From: Lama glama
Lineage: Eukaryota
Assembly (NCBI GenBank): GCA_028534125.1
Contig: CM052816.1
Location: forward strand, 72,480,001 to 72,544,000
Direction of reading: 5' to 3'
Length of the DNA: 64,000 bases
The position numbers and the translations under genes are program-made. Of this stretch, positions 24,777 through 37,562 are shown in pieces (within the stretch, counting starts at the first letter, position 1; every line of letters starts with the position of its first letter). The notes under the pieces were generated by a model. It made no database searches, was not told the origin of the DNA, and saw only the letters and a program-made list of their open reading frames with translations.

Positions 24777-26499
24777 GGTTTCTTATTCTTAAAGAACATC
24801 CAGTCACTTTGTTAAAGATACAAATACAAACATGCAGCTTAAAATACAAAGATATTAACAAACCATTGAGAAAAGCCAGGGATGGGTCTTAGTGGAGAGA
24901 AGTCATTAAAAGATTTTTCAAGTAATGAAATGGTCAATAATAGGAAAGTGGGTGGATGAGAAGCATATTCCAGGGCAGAGGAGCAACCTAATGAAACACA
25001 CTGGTTTCAGTGAATGTGGAATTAGTTAGCTGTATTTAATTTTTGCCTCCCTTTCACTCTCCCTTTCTGTCTCTGGATAGCTATAGATAAGAAGAGAAAT
25101 CTAGCCATGAAAAGAAGACATATTATACATCTAAATATTCATTTCCATTTATAACAAAACCAAATGCTATAGATATTAGAAGGGTTGAATTTTAGAAAAG
25201 TGATATTTAAGACCGTTCAGAAATCAGTGTAGAAGCCATTTGGATCATAATTGTGCTATAAATTTCAAAACAGTAAAACTACTGCAGCCTGACAGTGCGT
25301 AATAAAATTGCTCACATTTAGTGATATTTTCCAAAACAAAATTTGGATCCTGGAGATTTTTTTGAAAAAAGTTATACAATTAAGGAATTATTTAATATAA
25401 CTCATGTTTTTTAATTGTTGTTAAAGAGGCAGTGTAACCAGTTTTAGAGCTTTGGAGTATGCATGGATATTCCTTCCTAAGAAGTGGTTTCCTGATTCAA
25501 AAAGGGGTATATGGAGAATATCTACAAAATTTTGCAAATAATAATATACCTATATATGCATAGGTTACATATTAATAATTTAAACATCATCTTTCTCTGG
25601 ATACTTTGCTGGCTCACATGACTTAATGGCTTCTTGAAGCTGTGGATAATTACTTCATCCTCCTCCTTAGCTTTCAAATATAATTATCTTAAATAGCACT
25701 TATTTCTGGTTGTTGTATACTGTGTTGGAGGATAATGGAAATGCAAGTAGGCTGAAATTTCTGTATGAGATTTTAGGAGACAAAAGGAACTTTTAAAATG
25801 TGATTTTGTTATTTTTTGAGGTCAGAACTATTGTTTCCCCCACCCAGAGGTACACCTCTTCAATTTCGTTGTGAAAGCAATAAAAAATACTCTTCAATTC
25901 CATTTTCTTTACACTTCTCTTCTACTCCTTCAACTTTTGCAAAAAAGAAAACCACTTATTTTATGTCAATTTTGAATTATATGCTGCAATTCTTACGATG
26001 TATATCTCCTCCCATATTATGGGAGGTTTTTTTTTTTAACAATCTTGTGCAATAGGCACTGAAGTTAAACAATGTTCTGATACCTTAAATAATTATTTAT
26101 TGGTTACCCAATAAAGAAATCTCCCACCACCCTTTTCCTTAGTGATAAAAGAAATTAACATATATCATTATTTTCATGTTTTGTACATCTTGCTGATAAA
26201 TGTGAAGAACTCATTTCCTAATTATATTACCATCTCCTTTCTAATTTGAATCTGTTCTCTAAAGATGGACACAATTCTGGGTTTTTGAACCTCAACATGT
26301 TCAATTTTATTTAGATTTCTTGATGAAAATGTCATGTGTTCCTAGTATAGAAAATTAATCAGGTCTGCATGGGCTTAGAGCCCAAAATAGGAGTCCCTGT
26401 CCCCACCTTCCCATTCTGACTTTAACTATTCGTTGGAAAACACTTCCCACCTGCCTAGCTGTTTCTTTAAATTTATGCCTCTAAATTTCTAAATATCAT

Positions 26500-27620
26500 A
26501 CCTACAATGATATCTTGTTATTATTTTTCAGTTTTAGGTAGTATCTATTGACTTCCCAGTATGAAAGATGGGGATATAGTTCTTCTATACTACCATCTCA
26601 AAAAATTTCTTTATTTTTTTCATTTTTCCAATGAGTTTTATATCATAGTTTTCGTTAGGTCACAATTGTAAGCTTACCTTACTAACGGTATGTAAATATT
26701 ATTCACAACCAAACCAGTAGTGTATGATTATTTTGTTCTCTTTCCTAACTCCTTTGGTATTCCAGGAGTTAATAATTGCCTCATCTTTTATTTGCTCAAT
26801 TCTCAATTCACAGAGTCATTAATCACCAAACCCTGAAATAATGTATATCACCTCTTAGTATATGCTGACACATTTGGAAATTAATAAAATACATCCTTTT
26901 TTTCCTTAAAGTTATTGCTCCTGAAGCCCTCTGTCCTCTTGATTTGGTCTAGTATAGATGATCTTTGGGTTTGCTGCACAAATGTCATCCTTGAATTTCC
27001 TTCGTCTCTCTCATGGATCAGAGCCCTTGTATCCTGAAGCCAGTGCCTTCTACTTCATTTGGTGTCTTCCGTATTTTGATGGAATGATTGTGATTTCTGA
27101 CAAAGGCTTCAGGGGAAATAACTTTTTGAGAACTTGCATGTCTAATAGAATACTCATTCGATGCTTATCAGTAAATGGCAGTATGGTTATTTAATGACAC
27201 TAGTTTGGGAATTCTTTTCCTTCAGAATTGTGAAGTCATTGTTTCATTCACTTCTTTTTTTACTGAAATATACTTATTTACAATATTTTGTTAGTTTCAG
27301 GTATACAGCAGAGTGATTCAGTTATACATATATACTTTTTTCAGCTTGGTTTCCAATATAGGTTATTACAAGATATTGAATATAGTTCCCTGTGCTATAC
27401 AGTAAATCCTTGTTGCTTATCTATTCTATGTATAGTAGTTTGTGTCTGTTAATCCCATACTGACTTCCGATTTCTAATGTTGCAGCTAGAGAAATCCAAT
27501 GCCACTCTGCTTCTTTATTATTTCTATGGGAATTGATTCTTTTTTCCTTCTGGAAGATTTCATGACCACTTAATTATCTCTAAAATTCTAAAATTTCACT
27601 ACCTTATAATGAAAAGTGGA
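26500..27620 (-). mobile_element. HAL1-like (L1 ORF1-related) old element, interrupted at 27255-27461
   Basis: 'tttttgagaacttgcatgtct', 'ttccttcagaattgtgaagtcattg' and 'gagaaatccaatgccactctg'. Confidence 0.6.
27255..27461 (-). mobile_element. L1 3' tail (cetartiodactyl-type)
   Basis: 'ttagtttcaggtatacagcagagtgattcag...tattgaatatagttccctgtgctatacagta'; homologous to 24040-24240. Confidence 0.88.
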
Positions 27621-27639
27621 TTTTTATACTACTAAAAAT

Positions 27640-27918
27640 TATTTTAAAACTGTTTTATATTAACAGAAAAAAAAATTGAAGATAGTATAGGGAGTCCCCA
27701 TAAACCTCATATCTAGTTTATTATTAATATTTTACATTAGCTTGGTCCATTTGTTTTCACTAATAAATCAATATTGTTACCATCATTATTAACTAAATTT
27801 CATGCTTTTTAAATATTTCTGTAGTTTTTAACCTAATGCCATTTTCTGTTCCAGAATCCCATCCAGGGTATTGTATTACCTTTAGTAGTCATATCTCCTT
27901 AGGCTCCCCTTGGCTGTC
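27640..27918 (-). mobile_element. L1MD-like 3' UTR
   Basis: 'ttctgttccagaatcccatccagggta...catatctccttaggctccccttggctg'. Confidence 0.8.
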
Positions 27919-28290
27919 AAAGGTAGACGTTTTGCAGTCTGGTCTCTCAGGTGCAGGTCTTAAAATCTGGGGTGCACAATGTGGGATCCAGTCCCTTTCC
28001 TCCTCAGGAAGAAACTCGGGATTTTGAGTTCCTTCTCTATTATGGGTGGTCACACCAGGAGTAGGGGTTATGCTAGATTGTGTCTCAGTCTTTCCTACCC
28101 AGTACAATGCGGGTTTTTTTGTTTTGTTTTCTTTTGTTTTGTTTTCTCATTTACCTAGTGTGTATGAGTTGTTCAGCTAGTTTGGGTTTTTTTCAGGGGA
28201 AATTGCTCCATGCGTAGCATAAATGGAGTGTGTCTATGGGGGGAAGTGAGTTCAGTATCTTCCTACATCAGCAGCTTTGTGAACCTAGAA
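27919..28290 (-). mobile_element. L1 5' UTR terminus (internal-promoter region) without L1 body
   Basis: 'tctctcaggtgcaggtcttaaaatctggggtgc' to 'gtgagttcagtatcttcctacatcagc' resembles the antisense 5' end of laurasiatherian L1s. Confidence 0.7.
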
Positions 28291-30214
28291 TCTGAATTTG
28301 AATTTTTTACAGGAAATTCTTTATAGGAGAATACATTTAGAGTTAGGCCCTCCATGGCCTTAAATGTTTTCATTAATTATATAGATTAAAATAGTTTATT
28401 TTGAAAACATTCTACATTTTCCTTAAATTATTTAACTTGGAGTTCCACAAATCTATTTTTGCTATTTTTTTTGGTCATTTTATACAATGCTAGAAACATG
28501 GCAATAGCTTTTTCATTTCTTTTCTCTTTTTCAGTTTTAGTAGGAAAGTAGGGAAAGGTATTTGATCATCTAATGCAGATAATCTAATCTGCCTCTCCTT
28601 TAAAGCTGCTCTGCAGCAGCTACCTCTAGTATGTTTGACAGTGGCATCAGTGGCTCTACCTCCAAGACTGAAATTTCCTTTAGCTTCTTCAATTCCAAGA
28701 GCCCATTCCTCCCTCTCTCTCCAGCCTCCTTTGTGTCTTCTGTAATCTCATCTCCTCCCATTTTGGTAACCTTATTCTTCTGCTTTAAATCCAGCATTGC
28801 TAAGCAACTTTGAATGAAAAAGCATGGTGTCTTCCACTCCTGTGTCACAGAGCTGCTCCCAAATTCTCAAGTCACCTATGAGCAATAGCCTGAAAGTCAT
28901 TCAAGAGACATGCAGAACGCAACTGATATAGTAAGGTCACTGTATATGTTCAATTTTCCATAGTCCACAGTTTGTAAAATGCACCTATGATTCTTATAAA
29001 TATTCCATTTAGCTAAATCATATTTACTTCTCTCTAGATATAATAAAATAAAAATAGCTTTCTTTTTAAAGGCAACAAAAATTTAATAATAAAGGTAGTT
29101 TCCATGAGCAGAGTTTGAGTCTTTATCAAGATTTTAAGTTGCAAGTGTTAAGTAAATAAACATGCAACCCAAATAATCCCTTATATTATTTTAAATTTAG
29201 CCTTTAAGCGGCCAGTCAATACATGTCTTCTAAGTCTTTTTGCTTTCAAATCCTCCTAGTAAGATAGCAACATTACTTTTCTTTGTGGATATTAAAAATT
29301 TCAGAAATAGCTTCCCTGAGCCAGCAGTTCTGAGGTGGTTTATTGTAACATACAAGCAAAGACAGAGCCTGGCACAAGGGAAACTAAGAATTAGGATACC
29401 TACATTTATTATTTCATTTTACCATCATTTTCTAAGATGAATTAGGGCATAGAATTTTATTCCCTCACAATTCCAGTTTTCTATCAGTAAAATGGGAAAG
29501 CTATTAGTGTTTACCAGATGACATTTCTCTTAAATCAGATTTATGAACAGAGAATGAAAAGTATAGCATAAATTCACTATATTTAGACAGATTATTCTAA
29601 TGTCAGCCTACTCCCAAAATATGCTATGCTCTTATGGAAACTTATTTCTGCCTTGCAGATCAATATATTTTTGTTGGGTAAGAAGTCACATAATTGCACA
29701 ATTTGTTGGGCACTGTCCAAATGAATTTTATTCTGTAGTCTGTTAGGGTAGTTAAAATATTTTATTAAAAGGGATTCATATCTTTGGGGAACTGTAGCCA
29801 CTACTTATGAATCTCCTTTATCAAAGGCGACAATATTACAAAGACAACAAACAAACAGAAAGGGAAAGGAACAAACAAAACTAGATTACTTGAGAAAGAT
29901 GCCTTATCTCAGATCAGTTCCTTATCCAGAAACCTGGAATTGTTTCACAGTTGACAGTCTTATATATGGCACCAACCTGAATCCCAGCTTGCAAATGTGT
30001 TGACAGTAATGTAGCAGAACATTACTTTTAAAATATTTAATAAATAATTCTACCCCGCAACAGGAACATTACTGTGAAACGAAGCCCCAAATATACCACA
30101 GCCTCCCAGGGTCCCTGTGCAAGGAAACTTCCCTACTCTTAACCCCCAGTGAGCCTCTCTATAGCAGAGTTCTCTGTGCACCTCTTCTCTGGATCTGCTT
30201 CAGTATACCCATGG

Positions 30215-31261
30215 TGTCGGAGCCAGCCGACAACGAGCAGGTCCAGAAACCTGTGCTGCAGGACTGAGAAAAGAAAGACGACACTAAAAGGTGGGGTTGA
30301 GAGGGTCGCACTCTAAGTCTGCAAGACGCAAGACCAAGAATGGACGACGAGTTTATTTTCAGCAGTTAATTTATACAATTTCAACCAGCTAGAGTGTGCA
30401 TTCCTTCACGTAGNNNNNNNNNNNNNNNNNNNNNNNNNNNNNNNNNNNNNNNNNNNNNNNNNNNNNNNNNNNNNNNNNNNNNNNNNNNNNNNNNNNNNNN
30501 NNNNNNNNNNNNNNNNNNNNNNNNNNNNNNNNNNNNNNNNNNNNNNNNNNNNNNNNNNNNNNNNNNNNNNNNNNNNNNNNNNNNNNNNNNNNNNNNNNNN
30601 NNNNNNNNNNNNNNNNNNNNNNNNNNNNNNNNNNNNNNNNNNNNNNNNNNNNNNNNNNNNNNNNNNNNNNNNNNNNNNNNNNNNNNNNNNNNNNNNNNNN
30701 NNNNNNNNNNNNNNNNNNNNNNNNNNNNNNNNNNNNNNNNNNNNNNNNNNNNNNNNNNNNNNNNNNNNNNNNNNNNNNNNNNNNNNNNNNNNNNNNNNNN
30801 NNNNNNNNNNNNNNNNNNNNNNNNNNNNNNNNNNNNNNNNNNNNNNNNNNNNNNNNNNNNNNNNNNNNNNNNNNNNNNNNNNNNNNNNNNNNNNNNNNNN
30901 NNNNNNNNNNNNNCCAGCTAGAGTGTGCATTCCTTCACGTAGGCAAAGGCATTGTCTTCTAAACTTAAGACCACCTGATAGCGTGTAGTAAAATCATTAA
31001 CTTGTGTATTGTTCCCATAAACCACCATAGGCTTAGATCAGTAACTTGTATGCTGATTGTATCTTCTTGCCCAAAGGCCATTAGTGTCTTATTAGCATAG
31101 GACGTTCCTGAGATTCTAAGATTCCTTGATGCAAACATCTCAAAGGGGTGGCTGGACAGAGATTGTCTTTGATAGATCAACCTCAAAGCCTGACGCTAGT
31201 ACTCAAGATTTATTATCCTGTTTCGTGCCGGCCGTCCTCAGGTCATGAGTGGCTCCCCACA
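30215..31261 (-). mobile_element. Young ERV solo LTR (class II/betaretrovirus-like), about 518 bp after removing the gap and overlap
   Basis: TG..CA ends with inverted termini 'tgtcggagcc' and 'ggctccccaca'; perfect 5-bp TSD 'catgg' at 30210-30214 and 31262-31266; minus-strand TATAA close upstream of AATAAA at about 30352-30376; many CpGs retained. Confidence 0.88.
30414..30913. other. Assembly gap (500 N), probably false
   Basis: Identical 29-mer on both sides (30385-30413 and 30914-30942). Confidence 0.95.
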
Positions 31262-31384
31262 CATGGGAATCGTCCAACGGTTGAACTATCCAGGGTCCTC
31301 TTTTCTGTTGATGTGAATACTTTGACAACTACCTTACTGCTCAGTATGGACTGTCCTCTGCTGGTCCTCTTTAGGCCTTCTTCT

Positions 31385-31551
31385 CATGTAACAAATGTAC
31401 CATTGTGATGCCAAATGGCATTACTGGAGGAGGCTATGTATGTGTGGGGACAGGAAGTAGGGGTTACGTATACAGGATATATCTCTGTACTTCCTGTTCA
31501 ATTTTGCTGTGAACCTACAAGTGCTCTAAACATAGTTTATTAACTTAAAAA
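31385..31551 (+). mobile_element. L1MC-like 3' terminus
   Basis: 'tgtaacaaatgtaccatt...tctctgtacttcctgttcaattttgctgtgaaccta'. Confidence 0.8.
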
Positions 31552-31674
31552 GGTATAACTCTGGAAGCAGTAGTTATTAATGTAATTTTTAACATTTGAC
31601 TGTTATTTCATGATTTTATTTGTCTGCAGAATACCCACATGAGAAGTCCAGGAAAAACATACACACACATATTA

Positions 31675-31828
31675 CACCATCATCCCTCGGTATCTGTGGG
31701 GAATTGGTTCTAGGATTCCCTGTAGATACTAAAATCTGTAGATGCTCAAGTGCCTTATGTAAATGATATAGTACCGTTGGCCTTTCATACCCCTGGACAC
31801 AGAAACCGCAGCTATGGAAGGCCAACTG
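31675..31828. mobile_element. TcMar-Tigger MITE (MER2-like) with TA TSD
   Basis: TA|cac...catccctcggtatctgtggggaattggttc...tatggaaggccaactg|TA. Confidence 0.8.
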
Positions 31829-31849
31829 TACGCCTTTTTAATATATATA

Positions 31850-32226
31850 TATAGAGGACTAAACTGTGTCCACCCAAAATTCATATAATGAAACCCTAAC
31901 CCTCAATGTGACTGTACCCTGGAGATAAGGGTTTTAAGGAGGTTATTAAGCTTAAGTGAAGTTATAAAGCAGAACCCTAATCCAATAAGATGATTTTCCT
32001 TATAAGAGGAAGAAACACCAGAAGAGTGCATGTAAAGAGAAAAGGACACATTAGGATTTGGCAAGAAGGCATATGTCTGCCAGCTAGGAAGAGAGGTTTC
32101 ATCAGAAACCAGTCCTGCCATCACCTTGATTTTAAAGTTCCAGGCTCCAGAATTGTGAGAAAATAAATGTCTGTTCTTTAAGCCATCCAGTCATGGTATT
32201 CTATTATGACAGCCCTAAATTAATGC
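31850..32226 (+). mobile_element. MaLR LTR (MLT1A-like)
   Basis: 'cccaaaattcatataatgaaaccctaaccctcaatgtgactgta...ccagaattgtgagaaaataaatgtctgttctttaagcca'. Confidence 0.88.
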
Positions 32227-32241
32227 TGTGTGTGTGTGTGT

Positions 32242-32297
<56 letters not shown>
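32227..32297. repeat. (TG)n(TA)n microsatellite
   Basis: Read directly; about 25 TA units. Confidence 0.97.
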
Positions 32298-32300
<3 letters not shown>

Positions 32301-34826
32301 CATCTAAAAGCTGTTTGTTAAAGCAATATAAAGAGATTATACAAAAGAAAGCTAAAGTGTGAGAACAAATTGGAGTCCAAAACCCTGGACAACAATAATG
32401 ACTAAAGGGACATGATTAAAACCAACAAAGGAGTTGGAAAACATAAACAAAGCCTCTAAAGAAAGTCATGAGGAAAAGAATTGTAAGTAGGAAGTATGCA
32501 AGAGCATGAAGTACTGCAGCCAGTCCTATTAGCACAGCAATGAGAAGTAAGTAAAAGGATTTGCAAGACTAGTAGAGGGGGAACATATATAGTGAGTTTC
32601 AGAGAGCGGATTGAGGGGGTGGAGAGTGTAAACACAAATTACTACTTGGAAAAGTTTAGTAGTGAAGAGAGGGAGGTAAATCAACCTCTTGAAGGTAAGG
32701 GACTGTTTGGGTCAATGGGTTGAGACTTTTTGTGGGCTAGGGTAAAGGAAAGAAAGGGGAGAGAAAGTCCAAAGATGAGAAATAGAAGGTGAACAATTAT
32801 CAGAGTGTGATCAACGAAGGACAAATCCAGGAAGCGAAGGAGTTAAACTTGGGAAGCAGAGAAAGCATCTCGGAGAAAGGCATAGTGGAGGAAGTGGGCA
32901 GTTGCTTAAATTAAGTCTAAAAGTAGGAGAAAGGAAGGTTAAGAGTATAGTACATAATATTACTGTGATGAATGGTCTGAAATACCAGCGAATGAAAAGT
33001 TCAGTCGCTAGATTTTTGTAATTGTACCTTTGCAGCATACGTTTTCTCCATTCTCATTCTAAATTGGTGGCTTATTCTCCCGCAGGTGCAATAATGTAAT
33101 GTGCTCACTTTATTATACAAGGTTCACTGACTTGTGTGGTGATACCTTTATCCTCAAGACCTCAAGCTTTCCCTCTTGTCATGATTCCACTCTCTCTAAT
33201 TTTGCTAGCCCCCATCCCATTAATATGAACAACAAGTTGTGCAATCCTCAAAATAGTTGCCTGGCGACCTGGTAAGTTGTTGAATGTACTAAGATACCGT
33301 ATAATTGCATGTATCTTATTTATTTAAAGCTTATGTATTCCATATGTATCAATATATTTTATATAATAAATCTATAACATTCTTTATTTGCAAAATGCTG
33401 CATTAAATGGCAGCTAAACTACATCTTCTGCCTAGTTCATTCTCTAGTGCAGTATCGATTATATGGATAATTCTTTCAAATAGCATATTAACTTTTTACA
33501 AGAATCTCCTATTGTTACCAATGTAGAGATTTTTTAAGGTACTGAATAGAGTAGATACTTTGAAAAACTACATTATAAACAGCAGAAGTTTCTTATAAAA
33601 AGTTACTTACTGTATTATGCATAAAGCATATTGAAAAAGTACTCGAGTTCAAATTGATCAATTTTCCATTTGTTTTAGAAGAATATTTACTTGAACTATT
33701 CTTCTAAGTTATATGTCCATGAAAATAATTATTTTCATTAAATAATTTTGTATTCAAAAACTAGGAAGAGTATACAAAATTTACTTCTCAAAGATCAGGG
33801 TATTCCAGACTCCACCTTTTTAAATGGATAAAGAACTGTAATTAGCACATAAATTCAGAATTATTTAAATATATTAATGTGCCATTGATGTGTAGTTTAT
33901 GAAAATATAATTTGGCTTTTAGGTAAAATATCTATTTAAATTTGGCATTGCAACACATAACTGGTAGGTTTTTCTTTGAAGGTAAATAATGCATAATAAA
34001 TAAATTGGCACATGCATTTTTTAATAGCGGTATGCTCCATGGTTCTTCAAACCAATTAAACAGATAATAGATAATGAGCATGGATTATTTCATGTAAAGT
34101 TTCAGGATTACATGTCATCTATGAGGCAAAATCTTTTAGTCTAAAACAATCTCTATTTTTTTCTTTTTATCAAAAGCCACATATTTGAGTTAAATGTAGA
34201 AAACTTTCCTTTTCCCTGTATTGTTAGTTTTACCTGTGTGAGACAGGCAGCAAGTAGTAGCAACAATTGTTAGCAACTATCTAAATTTTCATGGGAAGGT
34301 GAGCTTGCAGCTTATTTTTTTAAAAAGGACACAATTACAGTGTGAGTACATATGCATGTGTGTTTATGTGGGTATGAAGGGAAGAGGAATAGAAAAATTA
34401 GTGCATTTTCTAGGTAGGGATGACATATACAAAAATGATTTGCTTATTTAGTTTTAAATCATTCCTGTTGAAAAAGAAATTGTAACTGAGAATGAGATGT
34501 GCATGAATAAATTACATTGGGGATTTTAATTATACATAATGTAGAACATTGAGAAAGGTAATTGAGTTATGGGTGTAGTCAAAATGGTGTTGGGACCTGT
34601 GTACAGTTGATAGAAGGCTTTGAAAACCAGAAAGAGACACTTGAATTGGGGTGACAGGCTTCCATAAGGTGCAGGGAAGGATGGAAATGATAAAGATACA
34701 ATGAGAAGAAAATGACTCAATTTAACTTTTTAAATTGATTCAACCAAATGTGAAAATATTAATTCTTATAGAAGAATGGCAGCCTTGGAAATATAAATTA
34801 ATTATAATCAATTATAGATAAATCCA

Positions 34827-35410
34827 TGTGTGTCAGTTTGGGTTAACTCAAGAAAACAGAGACTATGCGAGGTATTTTGACAGAAAGTATTAAACATAAT
34901 GGTTTGGTTAAACAGGCATAATGGGAATGAAAAAAATGAGATGACACAGGGATAATAACTTCAGGAAACAGCTACCACTCCTACAGCTAGGAAAATAGAG
35001 GTTGGGAAGAAGCAGGATCTTTAAGTTTATAGGAAGGACCTCACGGAGCTAGCACATGGCAAGATCTCTATGGGTATCTCTGAGAAGGTGCTGCTAGACT
35101 GTTCTGGGGGTGGGGGATGCCAAAGGAGCTGGAGGATGGAGCCAACTGACACTGCCAAGGTAAAAGCGGCTGTGGTGATGCTGACAAGGATGGCATGCAG
35201 ACTGGGAGAAGATTCTGTCTCTATCCTCTTGCCTTCCAGTCTAATGCCCCCTATTGACCAATTTATCTAATGTCTCCTATAGGCTGAATTTAAAAGGAAA
35301 CCAGCTGGCAAAGGAGAAATACAGTTTACTGAGTCCCAAGACAGCATCACAAAGCAAAATGTAACAGTGGCTAAGGGGCTAGGAGACAGTAGCTTAACAA
35401 TCACATTATA
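34827..35410 (-). mobile_element. Ancient LTR (LTR78/LTR79-like)
   Basis: 'tgtgtcagtttgggtt...gaaacagctaccactcctacagct...accagctggcaaaggagaaatacagttt...cagcatcacaaagca'. Confidence 0.65.
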
Positions 35411-36564
35411 TAACAATAAAATTAATTGAGAAATAACTTAGAATGGTAGCACAAGAGCTATAAATTAGATAGAATTTATTCTATCTAATGGTAGAATCTA
35501 TTTATGGTAGAATGAATTTATAGTCATTAAGTTTTGCACATTGAAAGGAGTTATTGAAAAGACTGGCTTAGTAAGAAGGATATTAATACATTATCTTTCT
35601 CTGAGGATCTTTAAAAGCAGAAAATAATTTGAATCTGTTGCATGGTTTACAATTCTCCTGTTTAAAGATAGGGAAACATTATTTTCCAAATCTGTGATTC
35701 TAATATCCGTAACACAAACTTAATAATATAAAAGAAAGTCCTCTTTATTGGCAGAATAATCCTCTGATTTATTAGATATATACATTCCTGTTATAAGCAA
35801 GGGAATATGATAGATGCAAATATGTATCATATATTAACCTTAACTTCAAAATGTGAAGTCTGTTGAGTGAAACCATCCATGAGACTAAATAAATAAAATA
35901 TGGGATATTATATTTTGTATGTGCCAGGTAGATTCTTTATTTTTTAGGTGATAGAAGACCTGAGAAAATTGCTTATGAACAAAGTAAATAAATAAATAAT
36001 TCAATTCACTGAAGAGTGCAAGCTCTACTGGTTTCAGGATTTCAAACCTGTCAGTAGACAGATTATTGTTTTATCCCTCAGCTCTGGTTTCTGCACTGTT
36101 AGTTTCATTCTCAGAGATTCTGGAATGGTCAGAAGGCAACCAGAAACTATGGTTCTATATTGGTATCTTAATAGATTCAGCAAAACTCATACTGAGTCTC
36201 ATTGTTTTCCATTGTGTTTTCCATTTCATGTGGCCAGCCATGAACCAATCACTGTAGAAAGAAATTACACTTTAATTGGCCAAGCCTATTTCACACATTT
36301 CTGGAGTCAGAAATTAAATGAGATCCACTTGAGGTAAATGGGGTGAAGAGAGAAAACTGATTTCATGGAAAAAAATGGAGTTTTATTATTAGGGAAAATG
36401 CTAAAGGATACGTGTCAGCAAGAGAACAGATATCTGGTACGTGATGTAATTGTCACAGGGAAAGACAATCTGCAGGCATTCAAAGGTAGAAGAAAGTAGT
36501 TCCAAGGAAAGTCCTCAAGAAGATAATCTTTTGAGTCTAGCCAAGAGGAACTTTGAAACATAGT

Positions 36565-36881
36565 TACTTCCTTGCCCTTTTCACCTTCTAGAGGCTACCT
36601 GCATTCCTTAGCTTGTGTCCCCTTCTATCTTCAAAAATGACAGTAAACATCTTCAAATCTCTTTCTGACTCTCACACCCACTCCCTCATCTTCCTCGTTC
36701 ATCTATAAGGACCCTTGATTACATTGGGCCCAACAGGATAATTCAGGATGTTTCCCATCTCAAGATCCTTAACTTAATTACATCTCTAAGGTCCCTTTTG
36801 TCAGGTGAGGTAACATATTCATAGGTTCTGGGGATTAGGATGTAGACATCATTGGGGGGATATATTATTCTGCCAACAACA
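36565..36881 (-). mobile_element. MaLR LTR (MLT1C-like), partial
   Basis: 'cttctagaggctacctgcattcctt...catctcaagatccttaacttaattacatct...ttattctgccaacaaca'. Confidence 0.85.
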
Positions 36882-37124
36882 GTATATAATATGATAAACA
36901 CTCAGAGAAAAAAGCACATTGGCCCAACATTTCAATATCTTGCTAAATACTGCGTCATCTTTCTGGGTGTTCAGAACAATATCAAAACTGGTTTGGGACA
37001 GCCTAAAGCAATTACTGAATTGAGTTATCAGATACTTCTCTTTTAAATTACTAAAAGTATTACAAACCATGTACTTGATTTTTTTTTTAGCATACTTTAG
37101 GAAATAGTGGTAAACTGGAAAAAA

Positions 37125-37562
37125 TGGCCACCACATATTGAAGATTCTCACAAATAAATGCAGTTTCTATTTTTCCACTTGTTGCATCTAGGCTTGGATA
37201 TGTGACTTGTATTGGCCAGTGGTCATTAACAAACATGACACAAGTTGAGGTTTGAAAAGAGCATGCACATTGAGACTTCCTCTCTCTTGCTTCTTTCTTT
37301 CATCATTGTCTGAACAAGCCTAGAGGATGAGAGATCACATGGAGAGGGGCATCAGCCACCCACATGTAGTAGCCATCCTTGTCATGCCAGCGAGGGGCTC
37401 AGACACATGAATGAGGTCCTCAAAGACTATCCAGCTCCAGGAAACTGTTCCAGGCCATAAGAACAATCCAGTCAAGCCACAGAAATGTGAAACATAAATG
37501 TTTATTGTTTTAAGCCACTAAGTTTTGGGTGATTTGCTATACTGCAAAAAATAACTGATACA
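37125..37562 (+). mobile_element. MaLR LTR (MLT1G/H-like)
   Basis: Ends 'gttttaagccactaagttttgggtgatttgctatactgcaaaaaataactgataca'. Confidence 0.8.

Noticed and set aside
30394..30930. ORFs of 174-175 aa
   Set aside because: N-gap artefacts.
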